64,000 nucleotides of DNA, from assembly GCA_003971905.1 (NCBI GenBank), contig RSEE01000002.1, forward strand, positions 372,001 to 436,000, given 5' to 3'. Source of the DNA: Moniliella sp. 'wahieum' (taxonomy: Eukaryota). A model generated the notes under the pieces. The model searched no databases. It was given only the letters and a program-made list of their open reading frames with translations, and was not told the origin of the DNA. Within the stretch, counting starts at the first letter, position 1. Each line of letters begins with the position of its first letter. This document shows, one piece after another, positions 48,574-59,628 of the stretch. A program made the position numbers and the translations under genes.

Positions 48574-50537
48574 AGATGAGGGAGGGCGCGGGGCGGTGGA
48601 GGGGGTGGCGTGGGCGAGGCGGTGGGGAGAAGAGGGCGGCGCGGAGGGAGATGGGTGCGATGGGGGTGGGGGTGGGGGTGGAGGGCAGCGCTGGGCGCTG
48701 ATCGATGGCCGATGACTATGATGATGATGCTCACGCCTGGGGGCAGCCAGCCCGCCGCACTGTCTGGTATGTCATCGACCAGCGCCCTCATCTCAGCTCC
48801 AGGCCCTCCGGGCTGAGCCCCAGCGCCTCCTATGCTCTCTCCCAACATCTCCCCCATCGAGGATCCCCAGCCTCAGCGACGCAGTCTCAGCAGCCTCAGC
48901 CGCAGGCCAACGCCAGCGCCCAGCCGCCCAGCAGTCCCCATGGATCTGACGGTCAGGACGTTCAGTAATGCCTCCAGTTGCAAGGAGATCCACGCACTGC
49001 GGACAGGCACATCCCCCTATTTCCAACAACAGACGCCGAAAGTCGCGCCCCTGTCCACACCCACGCTGCGCGAGACCGACCCCAGCATATGCAGCATGTT
49101 GACCATACGCCCCCTCGATACACTCACTCTCGTCACGTCAATCCCCCTAGAGGCCGCAGAGCAGCGCAGAGGATGGTCGATGTTCGATGTCAATACTCAC
49201 TGAGCCTGGATCAGCTTATCCGCCGTTCAGCCCAGGCAAGCACGCAGATGGCCAAAACCCACATCCATCCAGCCCATGCCATGTGCCAGCAGATGCCAGC
49301 CCATCGCCCCGTGGGGATGTACCACAACGTCACATGTCAGCATGTCACATGCAACTCACACGCCAGCATATTACCTGCTAGATCACAGCATATGTCACCT
49401 GGTCACAATCATTGAATCAGTCGATCAGCTTGCTTCGCCGGCCACCGATCATATCGTGACCAGTCGTCGCATCTCTCACCTAGCAAGTGCCTCCCCCTCC
49501 CTCCCCGCTGCCTCATGGAGATGTGGTGATTCACTGGCGAGAAGGACTAGAGGAAAGGGAGATACACGGATTGGATACTGGCCTCTATAGGCAGACTGTG
49601 GAGATGTGGATATAACTGTATCTCAAAACTAGGAAGGGCGTGTGCATAGAGTGGCAAAGAAAGTAATAGCAAAGAAAAAAGTGATTATCGAAGAGAGAAA
49701 GTGGATAACAAGTTCTCCCACTGGCGGTAGGCATCACGCTAGGGGACTCGCATGTCACATGTAGAAAGTGGCATTCTCAACAATCCTGTGAACCTTGGGC
49801 CTCCTTCAAGGATAGGGCCAACAAGTCATGTATATAGGCAGAAGACACTATGAGGTCGATGGTAACGAGAACGAGAGATGGACAATTTAAGTGAAGGGCT
49901 GGACCTGAGAGGAAGTATACGCCGCGTTCTTTATTGTACAGCATCCGGGCACGATGGAGAGGTGCACTGTGTGTGGCGCCGCAACGAGGACGCTTGCTGG
50001 CAGTATACATCTTCGCTGTTTATTGATGAAGCACAAGTATATATACCGGGGACCAGTTACCGGGGTTACTACTGATTGGTTACTGATTTCCTCTGGGCCA
50101 GAGAGCTGAGACGCTGAGGCGCTGAGGGTGATACGCTGATGGCCCTTGCCACCTATCAGCAATTACCGGAATGCAGTCTTAAGACGCAGTGCTATGGATA
50201 GTAAATAGAGAGGGTAGATACCAGGATCGGTGCAGAACCCACACGCCAAATACTTTGGACCAAGAACGCGTGCGGTGCAGGTTCCTTAATAGCACGTACA
50301 ATGCCCAACACGGCAACCAACAACCAACGAGAGGGACAAGAGTGCCAGAGAACGAGAAGGAATGTGAATGGGCGCGAGCGGCGAGGAGGGCTCGACTAGG
50401 GTGGCGAATGAGTAAGGCACGCCCTGCACATGCAAGCATAATAGGTGTAGTATGCTTCACTTCCGCGCCCATTGTAGTAGGGTGGGGAGGGGAAAGGAAG
50501 ACGGGATGACCGGTCATGATTGGGCAGTAGTTCCTAA

Positions 50538-53250
50538 TTAAGCTAGAATGCAGTGAGACGGCAGGTCAAGGTAAGAGCGATTGCAACAGAAGCAGGCGCA
50601 TGTCGAGGGAGATCCGGGGTGGAGACAAGGGGGGTGGAGGGGGTCACAGCATACAGGAACCAAAAGAGCAGTGATGCGGACGGGTAGGAAACCAAACCAG
50701 AGATGGGGAGAAAAGGAAAAGAAAAAGGAAAAAGAAAAGAGCGCAGGATAAGGTGGCAGAGGATGGGGTTCAAGTGGACGTCTATTATTCAGTGCGTGCT
50801 TTTGCACGTTGGTCAGACCACCGACAGCAGCGCCGCTCCGCCGATATAAGCCGCCGCAGGATCGCCAGAAGCTCAGCCCCGTCCTGGAAGTATCTGTCTC
50901 GGAAATTCGTCCCGTGGGGGCCACAGCAGGGTCTTGCCATGTGGTGTCCCAGAACGTGGTGGAGCCCGATGCTGGACGGGACCAGAGCCCTTTTTGAGGC
51001 AAGAGGAGGGATGCGCTTCCGTCGTCGTAAAACATATTCATCCAGCGAAACATGGCGGGCGGCGAAAAGAGAAGGTAGTAGTACTTGAACGTCTCGGCAA
51101 ATACAAACGACTCCATCGAGTCCTTCTTGGTGACAGGCCAGCTGTTAACGTTACGGATTTGGGCAAATCCAGAGGGCGTCATGGAATGCGTCACCCACGA
51201 GGCAAACATTTGCCACCCACGTTCTTGCCAGATCGCCTCGCCCGTCAAACGGTACATGTAGAGTACACTCTCAATTGTCTCGCCGACCCTTGTACTCATC
51301 GTTGGCGCGACGTACGCCCACTTGTGGGTGGCCGCGTGCAGGACCATGGGTAGGAGCCAGATTGGGCTGGCCCGGTTCGGCCGCAGCAGGGGGGGTGGTC
51401 AGACGCTCATGCCGGTCGTGGTCATCGGTGCGGTAAAAAATGACCTCCTCAGGACCTAGGCCTGAAATGGTCGAGTTGTACGCCCAGTAACAGGATTCGG
51501 TCACGCGCTGTGCGGCAGCCAGATCCCTCACGCCCCGCGAAGGAAGCAAACGAGCTCCGAGACCCAGCATACCACCAGCAAAGCAGGCAAGGTGCTCGAG
51601 GACGGGGCGCAGCGAGCTGTTGGGTCCCCGAAGCACGCCTGGGATGAAAAGGGGCGTGTTAGGCACCGTCTTGATCTCACCCATCAGAGCCAAGTGAGCA
51701 TCGTCCATGGCCTGGGAATAGGTTGTATGGTACAAGTCCAATCGCCCACCGAGAAGAGCATGTCCCTTAATTAGGTATTCGTAGTACGAATCGGCCATTC
51801 CTCCAAACGAAAAGAGCCCGAGGACGCGGCCGACTCGGGGAGAATGTAGGTGGGAAGAAGGGTGCCCGTGCGTTCGGGACGCTTGCCAAACGACATGGAT
51901 GCCGACACGTTGCGCGCAATCCAGTCCGAAGCACGGTGCACGACTTCAAAGTAGGTCTGGTTGCCGGTGATTTGGTACAAGCGAGTAAACTCGAGAAGCA
52001 AGCTTCCCGCTTCCGCCAATACCACCCTGCCAGCCGCAGCGGGTACCACCGTCTTGCCCGGTTGAAGCCGACCGATGGGGACGCCGCTCAAAGTGTTAAA
52101 AGCAGGGAGGATGAGCTGGGCCAGCTCTTCCGCGCGACGCAGCATCAGGTCATCGCCACTCAAGTCGTGTGCACTGAGCAGACCGCCAAGGTAGCGGATG
52201 GCTGTCTCAAAGACGGGGATGCGGCCATCGGCACGGCCATACGCGCTGCGCCCACCACTGACCAGCGTAAAATCAATGTCCCTCACATGCTGGCGTGCAT
52301 ACGAATAGTCCCTCGGCAGACCCATGACCAGCAGCGTGTCCAGCGTATCGACAATGGTCGCGCCCCACCCGTTGAACGGGTCGGCACTGCCATTGGTCAC
52401 AGGGGTAGCTCATCGTGACCCCAAGCATGCGCCTTGTAGCCTTCCCAGGACCGAATGAATGCGTTGCGCACCATCTTCTGTCGCCAGGCAAGCGTCTCGG
52501 CGCGTTTCTCCGACACGAGGCCGCCGCCATGCAGGCTGGGCTGCGGGAAAGGGGTGGATGCGGGGCAGAGGGTCTTTGCTCTGGGCGAGCTGGTGGGCTG
52601 GCATGTGCCAGCCTTGGTACCGGGTGCCATTGCGGAAGTCGGGGCGGGGGATCTGGCTGGCGGGGTTGTCGGCATCCTCAAAGCGGGTGCGGCTGGCCTG
52701 GAGGGGGGGTCCCAGCTGTAGGGCGTCCAGACTGTGGAAGGCACGGGGGGCGCGGGGCGGGGGCGGGCAGGGGGGCGGGTGGGTGGCGGGTGCTCGAGAA
52801 GGGCGAGGAGGTCGGGTGGGATCTGGCCGGCGTGGGGGTTGGCGTGGGGATAGAAGAGGGGGAGGTCGACGTGGGCGGTGTGGGCGTACTGGGGGGGGAA
52901 GGCAGAGGGGTGGAGCGGAGGCACATCGACCGCGTCGGTGAGGAGCTCTTCGTCGTCGGCGGGGTCAAAGCCGGCGACGAGAGGGCGGTAGGGCAGCGGC
53001 GGGGGTGGCGGCGGGGGGACGGGGGCGGCGGCGGGAGCGGGGCGAGGGGGGGAGCGGGGTGAATGCGTCGGCGGGAGGGGGTGGGGCGGGCGGAGGTAGT
53101 AGAGGGGCAGTGCGAGGCCGCGGCGGCGGCCAGGGCCAGCAGGGCGACGCGCAGGCGGCGGGAGCGGGCAGGCGGCGGGGCAGGCGCGATGGGGTAGCTG
53201 CGCCACTGGCCGGGCTGCTGCAGCGGCAGATATCCTCCGTGCTGGCGCAT
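50538..53250 (-). CDS. Glycoside hydrolase family 47 alpha-1,2-mannosidase, type II membrane protein
   Basis: AFIRSWEGYKAHAWGHDEL, GWGATIVDTLDTL, VFETAIRYLGGLLSA, LAEAGSLLLEF, ADSYYEYLIK, EHLACFAGGM, ETIESVLYMYRLTG, MESFVFAETFKYYYLLF. Frameshifts; end approximate. Confidence 0.93.
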
Positions 53251-54208
53251 GGCCGGATGCTGTTGCTGCGGGCCGTCGGTGCCGCTGCAGATGCGCTGGT
53301 GCTGGTGCTGGTGGGGGTGCCCGTCGAGTATAGCGCCTGGTGGGGGTGGCTGCCGAGGCTGCCGCATGTGGCCTGTGGCGCCGTGGCAGTGGGGCAGCGA
53401 GCAGGTACTGCCCCGTGCAGCCCAGTGCAGCCCCGTGCTGCCAAGAACGGCCGAGTCACCGGTCACCGCTGACCTGCAAGCGTCAACAGCAGCACGGGGC
53501 CTGTGCCGCCGCGCGTGGTGGATCGCTGGCTGGGCGGGCACAGGCGCAGTGTTGGCAGCGGTCGTGTGTGTCGGCAGGCGCGGCGGGGCGGCGGCTACGT
53601 GGCGGGTTCCTGCCCAGTGCCGAGCAGCGCCCTGCTTAGCTCGCCTACCGCACCGTCCCGCCCAACGCCAAGCCATGTGATCCGGTGCGGGCAGCCCAGC
53701 GCAGCAGCATGAGGCGCCCGGCGCCCCAGACAGCACCGGATGGCCCTGGCCTCGTGGGGATTGGCTTGCCTCGCTCCCCCTCTCGCTCACTCGCCCTCGA
53801 TCCCCGGCGCACAACCGCCTTACGTCCGCGTCACCCATTGCATCACCTGTCGCCAGATGGGCCCGCCCGGAACCGTCGCCCTGGGGGCGGAATCCATCCA
53901 CCATCACACCCCACATCACACGGCCCAGGCCCAGCGGGAGAAATGCAACATTCAGAGGCGCGTATTCGGCACCCATTTCAAACGTGGCATGACGCACACC
54001 GGCAGCCGCCTGACCGGGCCCGGTGAGCACGTGAGCTGGCTGGCCCGGCGGACTGGACTCGGCGCGGAAGAAGAGCGGCTGCCCGCAGAAACGCGGCAGG
54101 CAGGCCCGGCATGGCCAAGTCGTCCAGAAACGGCGCGGCAGGTCTTGGGGCGCAGCGCCTCGTTCGTCCTCCCCGATCCTCCTCCACCGGCCATCTCCTC
54201 CCGATCCG

Positions 54209-55416
54209 ATGCCGCCCGCCTCCTCGGCTGCCCAGCCAGCCCCAGCCTTTTTCCGCAGCGCGGCCTACGACCAGGCTGTTGCTGGCATGGGCGCCGGCGT
54301 GGCAGCAACCGTCACCCTCAACCCCCTCGACCTGGTCAAAGTCAAGTTCCAAGTCGACACCTCCCCCGTCCGACCCCTCTTCCAGCCCATGCCCTTCTCC
54401 TCAGCCCCGCTTCCTACCAGGATACGCAGTGCCGCAGTCAACGTGCTTACCGGCGGCCGCATCGGGCGCGACATGGCCCGTTCCCTTCGCACCATTGTGC
54501 GCGAACAGGGCGTGGCAGGCTTGTACCGCGGCCTGGCCACCAACGTGGTGGGCAACTCGGTTAGTTGGGGATTGTACTTTCTCTGGTTCGTCCCTCTCCC
54601 CTTCTCGCCTCTCCCTTTCTCCCATCCAAATTTGCATCCCTTTCCTCAGTGTTCTGACGTGTGGGTGCATGTGGGTGGCAGGTACACACAGATGAAAGCG
54701 CTTCTCTCCCACGGCGACGAGAGGGTCAAGCTCTCCCCAGGCCAGCACATGCTCGCTGCCAGCATCAGTGGCTGTGCCAGCGCTTGGATCACCAACCCGA
54801 TCTGGGTCGTCAAAGTACGCATGTTTGCCAATGCGCCGCCGGCGCGGGTAGTGCAGGGACAACAGTGAGCAAGGTGCCTGTCTATTCGGGGTTGCTGGAT
54901 GGATTAAGCTCGATCTACCGCACCGAGGGCGTACGGGGCTGGTATCGTGGAGCGGGCCTGAGTATGCTGGGTGTCAGCAATGCCGCCATCCAGTTTACCG
55001 TGTACGAATCGCTAAAGCGTTGGCGCAGTACGGTCCATGTTCGTCGTCAAGGCGGCAGTGTCGACGGCCTATCGGAAGCCGGGGTGAAACTGAGCAACGT
55101 AGAGTACATCTTGACTTCGGGCGCGAGCAAGTTGGTTGCTGTCTTGACCACCTATCCGTACCAAGTTGTCCGCAGCCGCGTGCAAAACCATTCGGTCGAC
55201 CACCAGTTCATTGATGCCCTCTCCACCATCCGCTCTACCTGGCACCGCGAAGGCGGCATACGCGCTTTTTACAAGGGCCTCACTGCCAACTGCATTCGAG
55301 TCTTGCCTTCTACCTGCATCACCTTTGTTGTGTACGAACAGATTGCTTGGTTCCTCCGCACCGCCGCTACCCACCGAACACGTCCTGGCTCTGGCGACAG
55401 CGTCTCTTCTCTCTAA
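54209..55416 (+). CDS. FLX1: Mitochondrial carrier, folate/FAD transporter family (Flx1/SLC25A32-like)
   Basis: Three carrier repeats PLDLVKVKFQ, TNPIWVVKVRM (family-typical W) and TYPYQVVRSRVQ; also SWGLYF and NCIRVLPSTCITFVVYE. Intron 54586-54681. Confidence 0.85.
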
Positions 55417-55648
55417 TTGTCTTGCCTCTCCTGTCGACCCCTCCCCCGATACCATATCCTGGCATGTTCCTCCCCTGCTGGTGCTATGATCGATCCATGC
55501 ATCTCCACACATAGCGTTTTCTCTTTCTTTCGCGTGCGCGTCGGGCTCACACACCGATGACCACTCACCTGTGCCCAGGACATACATACATGCATGTACA
55601 CCCCACCTGAGCAGAGTCCGGGAGAAAGAGGAGGCGGCCTGTCCAGTC

Positions 55649-57816
55649 TCATCCCCTGAGCAGGAACTGTTCACTCAACTCGGTCCCGGGCGGTGGGTAA
55701 GGATCCAGCTCGCCCAAGATGCTCTGTTGTGGCTGCAGTTCGCGAGGGATCAGGGACTTGAAGAGGCGAGACAAGTCTTCAGGCAAGTCACTGACCACCA
55801 CATGGGTCAAAACGGCGTCCAAGCGTTTTTGCAGCACGGCCTCTGGCAATGGCGTTGCCGCATAGGGATGGAAACTGTGCTCATCCATCGTTGTGTCGCC
55901 CGGGGGATAGGCGTGGTCGAGACGCTGGGCAAGCCAGACTGCATTCGTACCCTCTTTCCACAAGGGAAGCATGCGGTGGGCATAAACCTGGGCCACCAGT
56001 TGCTCCATCAGCCCACCATCCTCCTCGGCCAAATCAGCTTCGTCCTTAATAGGCGAAAGGGAGGAGTGGTCGTGGGAGAGTGCGACCGAGGGCGCGTCCA
56101 CACCGTTTTTTTGCAAGATCAGCGCGGCAACCAAAGGGTGCTCTTTGATGGCTTCGTCCAACATGGTGTCCGCCACCGCCTGCGCCGAGGCATCCTTGCT
56201 GTTGGCCAACTTGTATGCCAGTGCCTTGGAGTACTGCCAGCCGGCATTCCAGCCCATGTCGACAATGCGTTCCCACAGCTGCGTCAGTTCCAAGAACCAG
56301 GTGAAGGAAGCAGTCTTGATGGCCAAAAATTCAATCCACAACACGATCGCATGTGGATCCTCATTGTCCAAGCCCAGAAGCAGCTTGGCCCACTCGAGAG
56401 CGGTGCGCCAGGTGCCCTTGTAGGTAAGGCAGTTGATGTACTTGTGGCCCGCGAGGGAAAAACGCACGCGATTCCGGGCTGCGGTACGTGACCCGAGGCA
56501 GCTCCTTGGCCGACGTCAACGCCGCGTGGAAACTAGGGATGGTAGCCCGTTCCATTGCATACAGAGCCTTCTCGAGGGACGAAGTGCGCAGCCCCAAATC
56601 GCCCTGCATCCGGCCCACCTCGGACAGTTGGAGGAGAGAATGGATGTGCCAGGGGTACTGGCCGACGAGGTTGTACAGTTGCGACAGATCGACAGCATGC
56701 ATCGCGGCAATGAATTCTACCTCGATCGCCTTGTACCCCGCGGACCAGAGCCACGAATAGCGCTTGCCCAGCGGCGTCTCAAACTCGGTCATCGACAGCC
56801 CCGCCGAACGACCCTGGAACGGAGGCCAGCCAAACTGGGGTTGGATCAAGACGCTCTTGTAGCGTTGTTCTGGTTCAAGATCCCTTGGAAATACCGTTTC
56901 TCCGCCGCCGCTTGCGCCGCCGACACGCCCGCTCGCGCCGCCGGGCCTTGCCGCTCATCGTGCGCCTGGTACGCCCGCACCGCCGCTGCGCCAAACGAGC
57001 GTGTCAGTTCTACCTGGGGGTCAAAGTTGCGAGCTTGGCACGCCAAATGTTCCTGCAGTGGTTGGTGCGCCTCCATGGCAAGAATCTCAGCCTCGGACAC
57101 GTGCGCACGCACAAAGTGCTGCCACAGTGACTCCTTGGCTTCGTCCGTCTCGGTGGGAGGAGGCGGAGGCGCTTTGGCTTTTTCCGAAGCAAGGAGAGCG
57201 TCAATTCGTCCATTGTCATCTCATCCGCTCGCTTCTTGGAGCCGGACTGACCGCCAGCTGAGGTCCGTTCGGCTTTTTGTTTGTTCTTTTTGTTCTTCTT
57301 CTTTTTGGATGTGCTCGGCGCAGGCGCGGCAACAGCAGAAGGAGTGGTAGGGACATCAGACGCCCCCCCCGCCCCTCGGCTCCAATCCATCCTCATGATC
57401 CAATGCATCTTCAAACTCCTCCTCTTCTCCGTCGGAACCAACCGTTTCAAGCGGTGGCGTTGATGGGGACAAGGGAGGTGCAGGAGGGCTGGGAAGCATC
57501 AGCGCTACCTGAAGCCCCCTTGTTCTTTTTCTTGTTTTTCTTCTTCTTGTTCTTGGACGTCGATGGCAAAGCACCATCTTCTTCCAGCAAGCTCAACTAT
57601 GGAGCGAGCAACGAACCAACCAAGGGAGGTCAGTCGCCGGAACGCACGCACTCCAACGGGGTCCCAACATACCGCCTCAAACGTACTCGCCAGGGTCTTG
57701 GGGGCGGCAGCCGGGGGCGCAGGTTCCGCAGCCAGCGTAGCTCCGCCCAGGTCAGACTGGAGCGCAGCAAGTGCCTCATGCTCGCGGGCTTCGCGCTTGG
57801 ACAAACGCTTTTGCAT
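55649..57816 (-). CDS. RQC1: Ribosome quality control component Rqc1 / TCF25
   Basis: Lys-rich N-terminus, RNFDPQVELTRSFG, YPWHIHSLLQLSEV, LEKALYAMER, KGTWRTALEWAKLLLGLDNEDPH. Frameshifts. Confidence 0.85.
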
Positions 57817-57914
57817 AGCTCGGTCAGGGATGGTGGCTGCTACTTTCGCAATCGATGGCCAAGGCGCAGTCTCAGTTTCTTGCGAACGCAGCCGAGTCCC
57901 TAGGCATTTCCCTC

Positions 57915-57959
57915 TTTTTTGTTTTTGTTTTTGTTTTTGTTTCGTTTTTTTTTTTTTTT
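57915..57959. repeat. (TTTTTG)n / poly-T tract between RQC1 start and the tRNA
   Basis: Direct reading; possible nucleosome-excluding element. Confidence 0.8.
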
Positions 57960-58187
57960 AGGTGCTCTCCTTCCACCCTCAGGGCCTCATTGAATCTCCT
58001 TCCTTGGCAAAGGGCACAGCAGGAGCCCGAACGAAATTACCGCCGTCGGTCTTGATGAGCGCCAACAATATTATTCTTGCGTTTAACGTTTACAGCCCTT
58101 CCTTCCTTGCGCCTTCGCTACGGTTTGAGATCAATTGTTTTCTCTTTTACGTGGGGTTATACCCACCGCCTACTACCCAGAACATAT

Positions 58188-58282
58188 GGCATCGTGGTGT
58201 AGTTGGTTTATCACGTATCCTTAACACTGGTTCTGTGCCTGGTTAACGGATAAGGTCCCCGGTTCGAGCCCGGGCGGAGTCA
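58188..58282 (+). tRNA. tRNA-Val(AAC) with 20-nt intron (58227-58246)
   Basis: A box TGGTGTAGTTGG, anticodon stem TATCC/GGATA, loop TT-AAC-A^C, T arm CCCGG-TTCGAGC-CCGGG, discriminator A and a downstream T6 Pol III terminator. One A:A mismatch in the acceptor stem. Confidence 0.92.
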
Positions 58283-58612
58283 CTTTTTTCGAGCGATCAA
58301 GTCTGCTTGGCCCATCGCACGCGTTGTTTATGCTAAGTCAACGCCCTGTCCGCTTCACTTTCGACCAGGCCTGTGTGGTCAAGTCTACCATCCCACATCC
58401 CGTCACAGTGAAGATCCAGCTGAAGAAAGATCAGAGACGAGTTGCTTCAGTTCCTTGTACTCCCTTATCTTCTTTCTCCCCCCTTGCCAATCTATGCATA
58501 CGCCCTTGGCTACCATACTTGAGCAGGTCTCTGTTGGGTGGCGCAGGAGAGAAGAAGTGCAGTGTATTAGAACAGAGAAACAGTCATGTGCGACGTTACG
58601 GCAATGTTTCCT

Positions 58613-59242
58613 TCACCAGGCCGAGCTCGCCTCCTTGGAAGATGGAGGTTTCCTGGCACGAGCCCGCGCAGAAGGGCGTGTGCTTGATCCCTCTTGTTCA
58701 GGAAGTGATCTGGCGTGGGACAATACCCGTAGAGCATCTTTTTCCACTTGAGCCGCCCGCTGCTCCAACTGACCGAGGCGTGCTTGCGCCTCTTGTGCCC
58801 TCAGCGCCGACGCAGGGTCCAGGGAAGGCGCGACCTGCACCGCACTGAGATCGGGAGGGGGCACATTATGGTCGCCATGCTCGCCATCGTGGTGCGGATC
58901 GGCAGGGGCGGGGCTGAGCGCCATGCCGTCGAGGGCGGTGAGCTCAGTGGCGATGGCAGCCAGATCGGGAAGAGCCTGTTCGGGTGAGGTACCAGCGTCC
59001 TGCAGGGCCTGCGCCAATCCATCCACCCGACCTCGCAGCTGGCCTACCCTACGGGCCAACGGCGCCATCTGGTTGAAGGAGTGGTTGAACGCAGGCTGCA
59101 GTGCCGCCGCGGTCCCGGCCGAAATGCCTTCCCGCCACCCGTCGGTTTCGAACAGGCGCTCGGCCTTGAGGCGGTCCCGGGCCTCCATGCCTGAGGCGGG
59201 CTCCTCGTCGCTTGCAAGCCAGTCCGAGTCGGAGTCGCTCAT
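58613..59242 (-). CDS. YAE1: Yae1-family Fe-S targeting adaptor (Yae1_N)
   Basis: MSDSDSDWL...RLFETDGWREGISAGTAAALQPAFNHSF..RVGQLRG fits the GX3-repeat Yae1 motif. True stop may be earlier because of a frameshift. Confidence 0.7.
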   Translation of the reverse strand: MSDSDSDWLASDEEPASGMEARDRLKAERLFETDGWREGISAGTAAALQPAFNHSFNQMAPLARRVGQLRGRVDGLAQALQDAGTSPEQALPDLAAIATELTALDGMALSPAPADPHHDGEHGDHNVPPPDLSAVQVAPSLDPASALRAQEAQARLGQLEQRAAQVEKDALRVLSHARSLPEQEGSSTRPSARARARKPPSSKEASSAW

Positions 59243-59530
59243 AGTAGGGGGTAGGGGGGTAGATGGATGGATGGATGGATGGTATCAGAGGCGGCAAGAG
59301 AGTCGAAAGAGCAGGCAGCAAACCAAACCGTCGGCGCTTGCCACGGCCAGGCCATGCTGGCATGTGGCACGCTGTGGATCGGTGCAATGGGCGGACTACA
59401 AAAATCGCCTCATCGGAGCGATGGGTGAGCACCGAGTGCGGTCACGCGCCAGACCAGAGGACGCCTGCGCGCTGGGCGGGCTAGTGCCTGCCTGTCGGCC
59501 TGCCTCGCAGCCAACCCACACGGGAATCAC

Positions 59531-59567
59531 CCATCGCCCATCGCCCATCGCCCATCGCCCATCGCCC
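59531..59567. repeat. (CCATCGC)x5 heptamer repeat in the divergent YAE1/JmjC promoter
   Basis: Direct reading; a (GATG)n run also lies at about 59263-59282. Confidence 0.9.
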
Positions 59568-59628
59568 GTCCGTCGGCCATGGGCAACCAACCCACCAGTC
59601 GACGCTCGCCCCCCCCCCCCCGACACGC

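Noticed and set aside
58188..58194. A:A mismatch in the tRNA-Val acceptor stem as RNA editing or a pseudo-tRNA
   Set aside because: The rest of the cloverleaf is canonical, and single mismatches occur naturally or by base-call error.
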